DNA from: Octopus bimaculoides
Taxonomy: Eukaryota
Direction: 5' to 3'
NCBI RefSeq assembly: GCF_001194135.2
Contig: NC_068997.1
Coordinates: forward strand, 43,816,537-43,871,241
Length of the DNA stretch: 54,705 nt
Shown here in pieces: positions 12,754 to 24,393 of this stretch (position 1 is its first letter; the number at the start of each line of letters is the position of its first letter). A program made the position numbers and the translations under genes. Under the pieces are notes generated by a model that saw nothing but the letters and a program-made list of their open reading frames with translations, did not search any database and was not told the origin of the DNA.

Positions 12754-13008
12754 TAAATAATAATAATAATAACAATAAAGATGATAATAATAACAACTAT
12801 TCAGTCTTAACCAATTCAGAATATAAACAGAGGTCTCTGTTGATGCCAGTAGATACAATGTTGATATTTCTTATTGTGGAAACTATATCAGCATTATGAA
12901 ATAAACCCAGAAAAAGATAGGCGCAAATACATATCACAAAATGGTTTTAGAGAATTTCTAAGTAATCATAATCTGTGGTAAGCCAATTCATGAAAACAGG
13001 GAAATTAA

Positions 13009-13227
13009 CCCTTTAGCGTTCAGATTACTATGTCAAAAGTAATGCTTAGTTATTCATGTTGTTTTGAATTAATCATGCATTATTTCATAGCTTTGAGGTT
13101 TTGATGATGTGATTGTATACTTTTAGAATGACATTGTATGATAGGTGTAAGAGACCAGCTCTTGACATTTTAAACATAAAACAAATAGAATATTTGGCCA
13201 GATATGGCTGGTTTAAATGCTAAAGGG
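13009..13227. mobile_element. piggyBac-like MITE, copy 1
   Basis: TTAA|CCCTTTAG ... CTAAAGGG|TTAA; internal sequence matches 26034-26254 and 53324-53539. Confidence 0.85.
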
Positions 13228-13454
13228 TTAAGACAGGTTATCAAAATATTGAATCCACAACTGACTCCACATTATTCATTAAGTCCAGCATTTCCTCCCC
13301 AGTACTTGACCCTTCTGAGATTCCCTGCAGTTGTCAGTTAGCAAACTTTTAAAGAGAAATGATAACTGCCTCATTCTCACTGGTATTGTAGGAGCTTTGA
13401 AGACCAGTGACACAGGCCAAAAAAGAAAAAAATAAAGTACCCAAACAGGTGCAG

Positions 13455-13630
13455 ACCTGGCTGAGTGACGAAGAAGCTTGTTTCCCAACTATGTGGTCAC
13501 AGGTCCAGTCCCACTCCATAGCAACATGGATTAGTGTTTTCTACTGTAACCAAGGCTTAGCCATAACCTTCTGAGAGGCTTTGTTTGACATAATCTAGAA
13601 TAACCTGTTGTAGGCATGTGTGTGTGTGTG
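13455..13630 (+). mobile_element. SINE family A, decayed 5' half
   Basis: TGGCTGAGTGACGAAGAAGCTTGTTTCCCAACTATGTGG...GGTCCAGTCCCACT. Confidence 0.65.
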
Positions 13631-13900
13631 TATATATTTAGAGATAGATAGATAGATAGTTTGATAGATATAGACATCCTTTAATGTGCATAGTATAAAG
13701 ATATGAGCTACTAATAGCTTCTCACTGTGAAGACACAGTGCATGTTATAGAAACCTGCATAGACACATGTCTTCACAGCAAGAAACTATTAGTAGCTTAT
13801 ATCTTTATACTGTGTACAGTAAGTGATATTTATCTCTCACTGGATGGAGTATTTTTTGTTGATCTTACCTTAACAGTAAAGTATACTCTCTCTCTCTTTC

Positions 13901-13909
<9 letters not shown>

Positions 13910-13961
<52 letters not shown>
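13910..13961. repeat. (TG)n microsatellite
   Basis: Direct reading. Confidence 0.95.
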
Positions 13962-13973
<12 letters not shown>

Positions 13974-13990
13974 CACAAACACACTTATAT

Positions 13991-14882
13991 AACCTTGATA
14001 GGTTTCACCCAGTATAGGCTCAGGCCATGTCTAACTCAATAGCGCCACCTGGTGAAGTCTTTTAGTCATATATGGGGCACCATAGCCCACTCTAGCAATG
14101 AGTTATTATCGTTGGAAACATATCCGAGTGTAGGAGGTTGGTCCGAGATTTTTTGAAGAAATTTGTCCAGTGAACATTTGAATTTTATGGGATCTGTTTC
14201 TGTCTCGACGTATTTTGGTAAGGTATTAAAGAGAGCTGGACTGGTTGAGGTAAAGTAATTGTGACGTAATGTTGTTATGTGTACCGAGTTTGATTTTTGT
14301 AGTGGGCGGATAGCACGGGGTCCAAGTCTTGAATGGATTTTAAAATTGATGCCAAAATCATTTGCGCAGTATTGATGGAATATTTTTCACATAACACAAA
14401 TGATGTAGTGCTCCTGGCAGCGTTGGAGAGTGTAGAGATTGAGTTTTTTTTAGTCGACCTCAATAATCAATGCCTCTCATGCCGTCTATCTTTCTTGTCA
14501 TTGACCTCTGGAGTGCTTCTACTTTCATAATGAGTTGCTTTGTATGGGGAGGACCACAGTGGGCAGCAGTATTCAAGGTAGGATCAGGCAAAAGTAGAGT
14601 AGAGAAGAATGATGGCGTAGGCATCTCTAGACCAGAAAGTTCTCAGAATCCAGGAGCATATCTTGCAGGCCAAGTCAACCTTGCTGTTTATGTGGGAACT
14701 CCAGCTTAGATTGTTATCAACAATTACTCCAAGGTCTCTGGTGTTGTTGGATGACACTAGGGAGTCACCCGAGGGAAGAGCATATGATCATTTCAGAGTT
14801 TCCTCTTTTCCAAAGTAAATGAAATCAAACTTATCTTCATGCACATTTATAAATACCTCATGGGCTACTTTTAGTCTCCATT
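13991..14882 (-). mobile_element. 5'-truncated CR1/L2-group LINE: decayed ORF2 C-terminus plus short 3' UTR
   Basis: Manual minus-strand translation across stops and two frameshifts: EDKFDFIYFG...TRDLGVIVDNNLSWSSHINSKV...LEYCCPLWS...KVEALQRSMTRKIDGM...RLKKLNLYTLQR...PALFNTLPKY...KCSLDKFLQKISDQPP..GY...NSLLEW, with a stop at 14066-14068. These are typical post-RT motifs of CR1/L2/Jockey-group ORF2. Confidence 0.9.
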
Positions 14883-14899
14883 CACCAAATGCACAGCAG

Positions 14900-15149
14900 A
14901 AGACATTCATCCAAGGCACCATGCAACAGGAATGAACCCAGAACCATGTGGTAAGAAGTTTGCTTCCCAACTTCATGGTTCTGGGTTCAGCTCTACCACA
15001 CAGCACCCTGGGCTAGTGTTTTCCACCACAGTCCTGGACCAACCAAAACTTCCCAAGTGGATCTGGCAAACTAAAACTGATAGAAGCCCATCATAGAAGC
15101 CCATATANNNNNNNNNNNNNNNNNNNNNNNNNNNNNNNNNNNNNNNNNN

Positions 15150-15208
<59 letters not shown>

Positions 15209-15410
15209 CTTTACATTTGTGCTTGTTCCCTCCACTGTTGGTATTGGTTTATTTACAACACCCATAAGATAGTAGTTCGGCTAAAAGAGATCAATAGAAT
15301 AAGTACCATGTTTAACAAAAACAAAAACATACTGGGATCAATTTATTCCGTTAAACCCTTTAAGGCATTGCCCCAGCATGACCATAATCTAAGGACTGAA
15401 ATAAGTAACA
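14900..15410 (+). mobile_element. SINE family A with an inverted head fragment at its 5' end (spans a gap)
   Basis: Minus-strand head fragment at 14900-14948 abuts a plus-strand copy; perfect 16-bp stem 14933-14948 / 14974-14989. Confidence 0.75.
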
Positions 15411-17406
15411 TATATATCATCATTATTTACTGTCCATGTTCTATATTTGGTAACTATATTGCTCCATATTGGCTTGGTTCTGATGGGTCCAAAGACTATA
15501 TTGTGCTCCAATATCTGCTTTGGCAGGGTTTCTACAGCTGAATGCCTTTCATAATGCCAGCCACTTTACAGCTGCAAGACAAAGGTCCCCCTTTGACTGA
15601 CTGGGGCTACAGTAGAGAGGGGGATAGCCTTATGTTTTAAGAAGAGCAGTTAAAATGAGAGAGAAGGGTCCAGAACAGGTTTCTTGCTGTAGAGAAGCTA
15701 CACAGCTACTCACATTATAACAAAGGGTGGGCGCAGCTGGGGGTGGGGCTGGAACAGAAGATATTTGTTCTTATACATGAAACATTTCAGAGATATTGTG
15801 TATATAAATGACTAGGTTCTTCTATAAAAATGAGGGTTGAAACAGAGTAATGTAGTAAGGAAACAAACTGATTGTGTCTCCATGCATGTGTGTGTGTGTG
15901 TGTGTGCACACACTTATACAAACATAAGGATAGATTATTTAATACAGTATGTACAATTAATAAAAGCAATTAAAAAGTGAGATTTTATAGTCTTTTTTTT
16001 TACTCCAGGTTTTACATTACAATTAAATTTTAATAAAATTTTAGTCATTAGTCATAGTGAATAGCAGTGACGTAAAATTTAAGTGTAATGTCAATGTANN
16101 NNNNNNNNNNNNNNNNNNNNNNNNNNNNNNNNNNNNNNNNNNNNNNNNNNNNNNNNNNNNNNNNNNNNNNNNNNNNNNNNNNNNNNNNNNNNNNNNNNNN
16201 NNNNNNNNNNNNNNNNNNNNNNNNNNNNNNNNNNNNNNNNNNNNNNNNNNNNNNNNNNNTATATATATATACATATATATGTATATAGCAATATCTAGGA
16301 GATAAATGAGACCCACTCCTCCCATCTTACATCAAGGCGTCATGTAATGCTGCTCAGCTTTGGTGGTATAAGCCTGGTTTCTTCTCAGTTTGTAGTTAGT
16401 ACAGATCAAATCTTTTACACTACATTTGCTAGTGTATTAGATCTGTGTGTGTTTGTGTATGTGTAGGGGATACAAGTGCCGTATGTCTGTCTGTGTGTGT
16501 GAGTGTGTGTGGTATTTGAGGATGTGTAGTGTAGATTCATGTGTGTAGTAAGTCTATGCCGGTGTATGTGTGTGTTTGTGTGTGGTATGTGGGTGGTATG
16601 TATATGTGTGTGGTGTGTATATGTGAGGGGCTTGTGTTTATGTATGTGTTTAAGAGACTTAGCTAGAGGACCACACAAAGATAAAATAGTTACTTGTTTT
16701 CTAGTGGCTGCATTAATATTACAAACCCCTACCACAGTTTCTGGAAAGGTAGAGGAGGGGAAAGAGAGAGAGAGAGAGGGAGAGAGAGAGAGAGAGAAAG
16801 TGAATTAGAAAGAAGATAGTATGTGTTGATGAGAGTGGGTGGGGCTTTGCTACCTACCTACAGACCTACCTACCTACCAGCTCTTCTTTCCTCCCTTTCT
16901 CTCTCATATTAAGTGAGTGATATCCTCTCTATTTGGATGCTTGACACCACTACCCTGTTAGTCCCCTTGAAATTCTAGATTCCCTAAGGGAATTCTACTC
17001 TGGACACACACACATACACATTTTGACACATATAGACATACACACATAAAGGCCAGAGATTTAGAACCAGTGGTTGTATATAAGCTTGAGTGTGTGTGAG
17101 AAGGGGGTAACAGTGATAGGTGGTGGTGGTTGTGGTGGTGGAATGGGGTTTGTTGTTATGTTTATTCATTTATTTATATTTAAAAGAACATTTCTGGGGA
17201 CCAGACCCTACTGATACAGAAGGGGGGAAAAAAACAAACCCACAAACACATACACACAGAGTCAAAAGTGGGGTGGAAAGAGAAAAGCTTTCTTCAGAAG
17301 GGGATCCTTCTGAAATTGTCAAGGAATTTTTTACACTGCAGTGAAAGTTATGCTAAACCAAAACTATCAGTATCAGAATTTCTTCAGGAATAAGAAAGTG
17401 ACTTAC

Positions 17407-17463
17407 ACAGAAATATAGTGAAAACTTCAAAACCAGCAAGTAAGGAATGGTACATCTAATAAC
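17407..17463 (-). CDS. Candidate 57-nt coding exon (VIRCTIPYLLVLKFSLYFC) of an unidentified gene
   Basis: Minus strand: acceptor gccttttttcag, donor gtaagt. Only the phase-0 frame is open, and it joins the ATG ending exon 19185-19252. No homology recognised. Confidence 0.35.
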
Positions 17464-17689
17464 CTGAAAAAAGGCACCATAAATCCTCTATCTCTCTCAC
17501 ACACATACACATACTCACTCACTCTCTCTCTCTCTCTCTTTGAAAGAAAAAGGAATACAAGAGAAGACAAAAGAATTCTTGGTAAATATATTTCCTTGTA
17601 AGTTCCTTTTCTCTCACAGGAACAAAGTAATAAGATTGTCAGTTCAGATTTATAAATTATATAATATTACCTTGACTGTACTTCATCAT

Positions 17690-17881
17690 TTGTATATGCA
17701 TACAAAGACATGCACACACACACAGATAGATAGATATCCATAAAAAGATACTCATATACATACACACAACTATGTACACTTATTTGCATACATAAATATA
17801 TATATATATATATATATATACATGCATACATGTATATACATATATAGATAGATAGATACATATACACATACATACATAGAT

Positions 17882-17926
<45 letters not shown>

Positions 17927-17954
17927 CACACACACATATATATATATACACACA

Positions 17955-18046
<92 letters not shown>

Positions 18047-18322
18047 CATATATATACATATATATATACATATACATATATATATACATATATATATATA
18101 CATATACATATATATATACATATATATATACATACACACATATATATATATATACATATATATACATACACACATATATATATATACATACACACACACA
18201 CACACACATACACACACACATATATATATATACAGATAGATACATATACACCCACACATATATCTGTACATACATCCATACAGAGAGAGAGACAGATACA
18301 TATATATACACACACACACACA

Positions 18323-18355
<33 letters not shown>
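17690..18355. repeat. Compound (AT)/(AC)/(AGAT)/(ATAC) microsatellite, about 670 bp
   Basis: Direct reading; it is the source of the spurious ORFs at 17667-18323. Confidence 0.97.
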
Positions 18356-18356
<1 letters not shown>

Positions 18357-19184
18357 TCTGAAGTTTGGGAAATCAAAACTCAGAGTAGCAAGTTTCAGCT
18401 TCCAATAAAATTATAAACTCTACTTTTAGTTCTGAGTAATATCTCTTTTTCTTGTACAAGCAAAATACAAATGTGTGTATAGTTATACAATTACACACAC
18501 ACATAGACACATGCAGTTTATATATAAATTGCATATACATTCACACACTAATATATATGCACACACTGAACACAACACATAATTACGTTCAAGTAAAATT
18601 AAGGCAATCATTAATTGACATATATTCATATAAACGACATACACACATTTTGACAGGTATATATAGTTTTTCAGTTTTTCTTTTAGGAATCTTTACTTCT
18701 AAATCTCCAAAAAATATTACCGAATTTATGAATTCTTACAGCATTCTATTAAATTTTAACTGAACACATACATAAAATTCCGCATTCTAAAACTATAGAA
18801 CAGAGCATATACACATTCACATAAACATGAATTTACAAATACATACATACAAATTGAAAAAGCAGAAATACTATATTTTACCACCACCCCTCTCTATCTC
18901 TCTCCCTCTCCCTCTTCTTTGAATCTTTGTGGGTGACCTGACTTTGCCTATTAAATAAAAAAAAGCCAGGACCACCCTGCTGCTAAAACCAAAGCTACTA
19001 CTTGTGGAAGAAGCATGAAGAGAGAAGCAGAAGAAATCATATTCCATTGGATCAACAATTTTGGAGAAAGAAAAGGAAAATTTCTCTTCCATGTAACCAA
19101 AAGAGAAGAATGATGAATCTTATATAATTATATATAAATGTGTATTTCTTGTCACATTTTCTCTCTAACCTGGCTAAACTTTAC

Positions 19185-19252
19185 CATAAGTGCTTCCTAA
19201 ATTTTAGATAAATTACAAGTTTTAGAATGTAATCTACTGCATTAAGAAAATT
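19185..19252 (-). other. Candidate 68-nt 5'-UTR exon ending exactly in ATG
   Basis: Minus strand: acceptor ttttcttgtgatccag, donor ATG|gtaaag; in-frame TAA and TAG lie upstream of the ATG. Confidence 0.35.
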
Positions 19253-19314
19253 CTGGATCACAAGAAAAGTAACAGAAGCAAAAACCAAAACAAAAAGGAA
19301 ATACAGACAGGTGA

Positions 19315-19354
<40 letters not shown>

Positions 19355-19468
19355 ATAAACACAAAGCCAAAGAGAAATCAAAACAAACTAAAACAGAATT
19401 TGAAAATCAAACAAGGTAGAACGTACGTTTAATGAAGTAAAAAGAAGGAAAAAAACAACATTGCTTAC

Positions 19469-19487
19469 ATTTCATTTTTTAACCTTC
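19469..19487 (-). other. 3' end of a candidate upstream non-coding exon
   Basis: Minus-strand donor AAT|gtaagc at 19463-19468. A possible acceptor tattcctgcag lies about 18 nt upstream; the exon start is uncertain. Confidence 0.25.
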
Positions 19488-19743
19488 TGCAGGAATATAT
19501 TCGACAAAAAAACTGGATATTTCTAAATAACTGGAATGATCTCAAACTAATTAACTGCGTTTTTTTTTGTTTGGTTTTCACTTTTGGTTTTTGTAACAAC
19601 ACATGAAGAATTGGCCATAACAACTACAGCAAACATCATCACAGTCATAAAAATAACCATACCCACACCAGCATTATTAAGTAATAATAATAAATATTGA
19701 GGATTAAAAAACAATAATATATACTATAATACTAATCATAGCT

Positions 19744-19744
<1 letters not shown>

Positions 19745-19781
<37 letters not shown>

Positions 19782-19890
19782 AAATTATGATGATGATGCC
19801 TAAGTTTGGCACAAGTCCACAAATTTCAGTGGATGGATATAGTCGAATGGATTAATCTCGGTATTCAACTGGTACTTATTTTATGAACAA
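19745..19890 (-). mobile_element. (AAT)n tract followed by a decayed SINE B fragment
   Basis: GGCACAAG..CAC.AATTTCAG...TATTCAACTGGTACTTATTTTAT, as in the 12064-12753 copies. Confidence 0.6.
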
Positions 19891-19986
19891 TAATACAAAG
19901 AGCAAATGTTTCCCATAAAAATAAAAAAGAATTCATGTGTGTATGTATATGTGAATCATATGCATACATAGATACACACACATTCA

Positions 19987-20032
<46 letters not shown>

Positions 20033-20740
20033 TATATATATATAAAGAGTGTGTGTGTATCTAAGTTTGAAAATGTTTCGAAGTTTCCTTTTCTTTTCAC
20101 ACTTGGGGAATAAATTAAATGAAGAATTTTCCAGTTGAAAAGATGAAGATGAAGGAGAAATTTGGGGTTTTTTTTTTCTTCTTCTTCCTTGATTATTAAA
20201 AGAGAGAAAGAGAGGAAAAAGCAAGTCTATATCTAGCTGCATCTTCTGGAATTTCCATTAAACAAGTTCTTAATAGTAATGAGATAATCTTTACTGCCTT
20301 GTAATCTTAATTTTCTTTTTTGTTTTTCTTTTTATTGTTTCCCTTTTTTTTTTTCGTAAAATTCTATGTGTGTGGCTTTCTTTACACAATGTCTGTACAT
20401 GCTTGTGTGCTTGTGTGCTTGTGTGCGTACATGTGTGTCTAGCGTCATGTTTATGTATGTGTTATAGAAACTAGCTTTAGCAGTTATAGGACTGGCTACT
20501 GTTTGCAAAGTCAAAATTTTTGCCTTCACTTTTCGAATTCTACAAGAATAGCCATAGTGAGTCATTTTTGTGATGGTGATGCCTGTTGAATGAAAAAAAA
20601 GAAAAAGAAAAAAAAAGAAACAAAGCTGAGCAAAACAAAACAAAAAAAACCCCCAAAACAAACAAACAATCTCTATCCCCACCCCCACTGTTCTTCTGCT
20701 CTACCCTACAACCCCACTTCCAAAGGAAAAGAAACTCAGT

Positions 20741-20928
20741 AACTGAATGTTTTAGCACAGGAGAAAGAGAGAGAGAGAGAGATCTGTAAGATCTATCTAC
20801 TAGGGTGGGCTTGAGGTACTTATTTCTAGTGAACCAAGGACTTTTGCCATGCCTTGTCAACACTGACTGACAAAGTGCATTGGATTAGAGAGAGAGAAAG
20901 TGAGAGAAAGAGAGAGAGAGAGTCATTC
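20741..20928. promoter_or_regulatory. Candidate divergent (bidirectional) core promoter
   Basis: Inr-like TCAGTT on the minus strand (20741-20746) and TCATTC on the plus strand (20923-20928), pointing away from each other. Two (GA)n tracts and an ATTGG (reverse CCAAT, 20879-20883) lie between them, in a stretch free of recognisable SINEs. Confidence 0.3.
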
Positions 20929-21581
20929 GCTCACACAAGAGACCCACCACCAGGAGCTAAGCACTGCACTCCTACTTTGATCCCATCCTTCTCAGCTTAT
21001 CATCAAATACTTTTTTTTATTTTGTTTGTTTTGTTATGGGTTCTCCTTTTCTTCTTCTGCCTCAGCCCACCCATACCTAGCTTCAAATCTCTTATTTATC
21101 TCTTCCTCACCTTCACCAACTTCTCAATCTCCCCCTCCTTTAGTCTTGTAATAAGAAGTTTCTACTAAGCATTTATTTTACACTCAGCTGTAGGAATTTA
21201 CAAATTATCATATATTGATTTAAAACAAAACAAAAACAACCACAATACAACATGCCACAAAAATTTCTTTTTGTAAATATTTTATCAACCATTTTTGATT
21301 CATAATGGTTGAGCTTGTTAGAAAAGTCTGGAATATTCTCTTAGTTTCTCACAGTGCCTTACCGGATGCCAAATAATCGATGATTCTTGGGATATTTACC
21401 ACATATTTTTCTGATAGATGGATATCAATATTCCTGTCATAATTTTTGAAAATTTGTAAAGAATTAGGAATACATAAAAAAAAGGGAGAAAAAAAAATCA
21501 AAGAAAACAGGAAAAATAACCATATATTTTCCCATTATATATAATCTCTATTATCAATTTTATAATTCTTGTGAAATTCTT

Positions 21582-21691
21582 ATGAAATCTTTGGGTGGAT
21601 TAAAATTATTGGATTACAATTATCTCTGTTCTACCATCATTTTTACTGGAGTTCTTACTTTCTCTTGGAGGTATTTACCATATAGCAAAAG
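21582..21691 (+). CDS. Candidate first coding exon MKSLGGLKLLDYNYLCSTIIFTGVLTFSWRYLPYSK-
   Basis: ATG-initiated open frame running into a strong donor AAG|gtaagc (21692), with a central hydrophobic stretch. No homology recognised. Confidence 0.3.
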
Positions 21692-21959
21692 GTAAGCATA
21701 TTTTCTTTTTGGTTCTTGAAATCATGAAATTCTTATTTATACAATATATATGTTTTATCTAGTGTATTCAATTTAACGAATTTTATTCATTTCCAGTAAT
21801 TAAAATATGTTGAGTCCATCACTTTAATTCACTATCACATTTAATTACGTACGGTGAAAGCCATTTTAACTAACTTAACAGCAAATAACCTAATTAAGAT
21901 ATTTACATACTTATTCAATTATATACCCTCAATATTATTTCATTTTGCAAACTCCATAG

Positions 21960-22128
21960 TGTTGGTGTGTTTATGTCTCTATAACTTAGCAGTTCAGCAG
22001 AAGAGACAGATAGAATAAGTACCGGGCTTCAAAAAAAAAAAGTCTTGGGGTTGATTTCTTCAACTAAAAACCCTTCGAGGTGATTCCCCACCATGGTCAC
22101 AGTCAAATGACTGAAACAAGTAGAAGAT
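21960..22128 (+). mobile_element. SINE family A, 3' half only
   Basis: GTTGGTGTGTTTATGTC...AACTTAGCAGTTCAGCA...CAGTCAAATGACTGAAACAAGTA. Confidence 0.85.
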
Positions 22129-22532
22129 AATATACTATCCCCTCCCCATCGTAAGGTATTGTGTCACTGAATATCACTGAAGACATCTTTATATAACAAT
22201 CTAGGGTAGGGAGGGGTTCTTAGGGTTGGTTTCCATTTGGCTTCTCCTGACCTATAAGAATCTATTTGACCCTAATACTACAAGCCATCTGTAAACTTAT
22301 CAACTGAAGTGCCCCAACTCTATCTGACTGTAACCTGTATCACTTCTCTCCATGTTAACTATTTACAACTGAGTAGACTGAGCCATCTGTGATGGGTTAC
22401 GAACATCAACTTTTCCACTGTGAGAAAATAAGATATTCCTAGACAATTAACTAGGACTCTATAGAAAAAAAATCATTAACATCAATGACATTCATCTTAA
22501 AAAAACCCCAAAAAACAATGACTAAGTCTCTA

Positions 22533-22722
22533 AGTAGTCACATATCTTGCTAGAAATAGCAACCAGACCTCCTTCAAATCACACCCTTCTAGTTTATAAA
22601 AGAATGACTCATTGAATAATATAGTCTTAGAGACACTATATATGAAAATAAGACAGAATGGTCACAGCTGGAATGACTTCGATCACTGGATATATGATTA
22701 AAGTCATTGGCTAAACAATAAC
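22533..22722 (+). mobile_element. Interspersed repeat family D (unclassified retroposon-like tail)
   Basis: TGCTAGAAATAGCA.CCA.A.CTCC.TCAAATCACACC...AATGGTCA..GCTGGAATG.CTT.GATCA...GGCTAAACAA. It recurs at about 6560-6745, 9775-9910, 25680-25860, 26765-26895, 27083-27230, 27715-27885 and 32695-32865, and reversed at 43400-43600. Confidence 0.75.
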
Positions 22723-23508
22723 CATAACATCACCAGTGTTGCTCTGCTTGGTTACCAAACCTGCTAGAAACAACAGCTAAATCCCCCTCAGTCAATAATG
22801 ATCGAATATTTAGAAGAGAATAGGTTTCTTCTGAAAGTCCTTGCCATTCAGTAGTCCAATATGTCTTTTTCACAATTTACCCTCTATCATTTTGCTTTCC
22901 TCTACTAATCCCCAATAAATGAATTTATATGCCATCAGCATTTAACCGACAATCTATTTATATAGTTATTTAACTAACAATTCATTGAAATAAAACAACA
23001 GAATACAAACAGACTTGTGATGGTCTTTCATTGCCAAACAGTTCAATACAAGAAGTTTACAGGGCGATCTAAGTTAATGAAGTAACAGAATCCAAAGAAA
23101 GTAGAAATGCTTTACATCAGAAAAATACAAATAGTTTAAATCAAGGGTCAAGAAACTTTTTTTACAAATACCCCAAAATATATTTATTTACTCCAATGTT
23201 AATCCCTTGGTTTGAAAGGAAGAAAATCATAGATGCTTTGAATTCAAAAGGTTTATTGAATCTATCTATATGGGGAATACAATTATAAATATAAAAATTA
23301 TAAAAGAAATGCGATAAAATAAATTAATATCCTCATTATGAAACAAAAGGATTTTTCTAGAAACTTTTTCACTTCAGGTTTTGGAGAAATGATGTTTCTT
23401 TTTTGTTACAATTATCTCAAAATTGGGGCATTTTGATGCCAGAACAATTTGGATACAGTCTTCAGGGTCCAATCAATTACTCTGCTTTGTTTTTAATGTT
23501 TGGTACAG

Positions 23509-23530
23509 TGGAAAATCCTTGTTTGCAAAG
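23509..23530 (+). CDS. Candidate 22-nt microexon (phase 2 to 0; SGKSLFAK when joined to 21691)
   Basis: tctgctttgtttttaatgtttggtacag|...AAG|gtagga; the frame is compatible with the upstream candidate exon. Could be chance. Confidence 0.15.
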
Positions 23531-23721
23531 GTAGGATGTTGCAAAAGGCAGCAACCTTTTGACTGCCTCCTCATGCCAGAACAAAAATTTCTGTCATAAC
23601 AAGGAAAATGTTATTTCATATAATTTTACTTATGTCTAACAAGTCCTCATTACTCCCACGAATTTGAGTTTTGCCCCTGGTTTAAAAAAATCTAATATAT
23701 TTTATGTTATGAGTAAGAAAG

Positions 23722-23757
23722 ATGTCAGACGTTTCGGATAGAATCCTTTATCAACTT
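23722..23757 (-). ncRNA. Decayed minimal type I hammerhead-ribozyme-like motif
   Basis: Minus strand UUGAUAA-A-GGAU-ucu-AUCC-GAAAC-GUC: perfect stem II, GAAAC, palindromic ACGU and a GUC triplet. The core differs from CUGAUGA by two transitions, and stem I is not evident. Confidence 0.35.
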
Positions 23758-24228
23758 TCAATAAATAGTTGACATGAGGCCTAAGAGGAATCTAATGTTT
23801 TAGTAAAACTATTTATCAGCGAGAAAAGAGAAAGTTAGTTATCAATAGTTGACATTTCTTCCTTTCTCTGGCAAATGCTAAACTTTTTTTATTGTCAAGG
23901 CATAAAATTTATTCCATTTGGAAGTTTGTCTTGAGGAAGAGGAGAAATATGATGGTTCAGGTAGAGCCCGAACAGATCTTTCTGCTGTAACTGATATCAC
24001 TTTCTAGACTTTTTGTAGTTACATTCCATCTACTTTACTTTTGCTTTCTAATAACTATTTGCTATCCTACGTATTAATATATAATCAACTATGAGCATGC
24101 ACTGTGGTTCTAAGTTGGTACAATTTTTATCACCACCCAAGGGCCAGATGAAGGAAGATTATGACACCATGGAAATCCAAAGGACAAACACCATCACTCT
24201 CCAGATGCCAAATCTAAAATATATAGAC

Positions 24229-24282
<54 letters not shown>

Positions 24283-24393
24283 AAATAATCCTGGTTTCGA
24301 AAAACCAAAGCAAATGTTATGTTACAGCTGACAGTTTGACACAGACACACCACACACACACAATATTATACCTCAACTCCCCTGAGAGGGTAT

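Noticed and set aside
17667-18323. 179-218 aa ORFs rich in C/V/Y/I/M (also 30786-31113, 5028-5340, 16415-16808)
   Set aside because: They are translations of dinucleotide microsatellites.
20332-20688. 118-aa minus-strand ORF near the candidate promoter
   Set aside because: Built from T-runs and CACAAG repeats; more consistent with UTR or intron.
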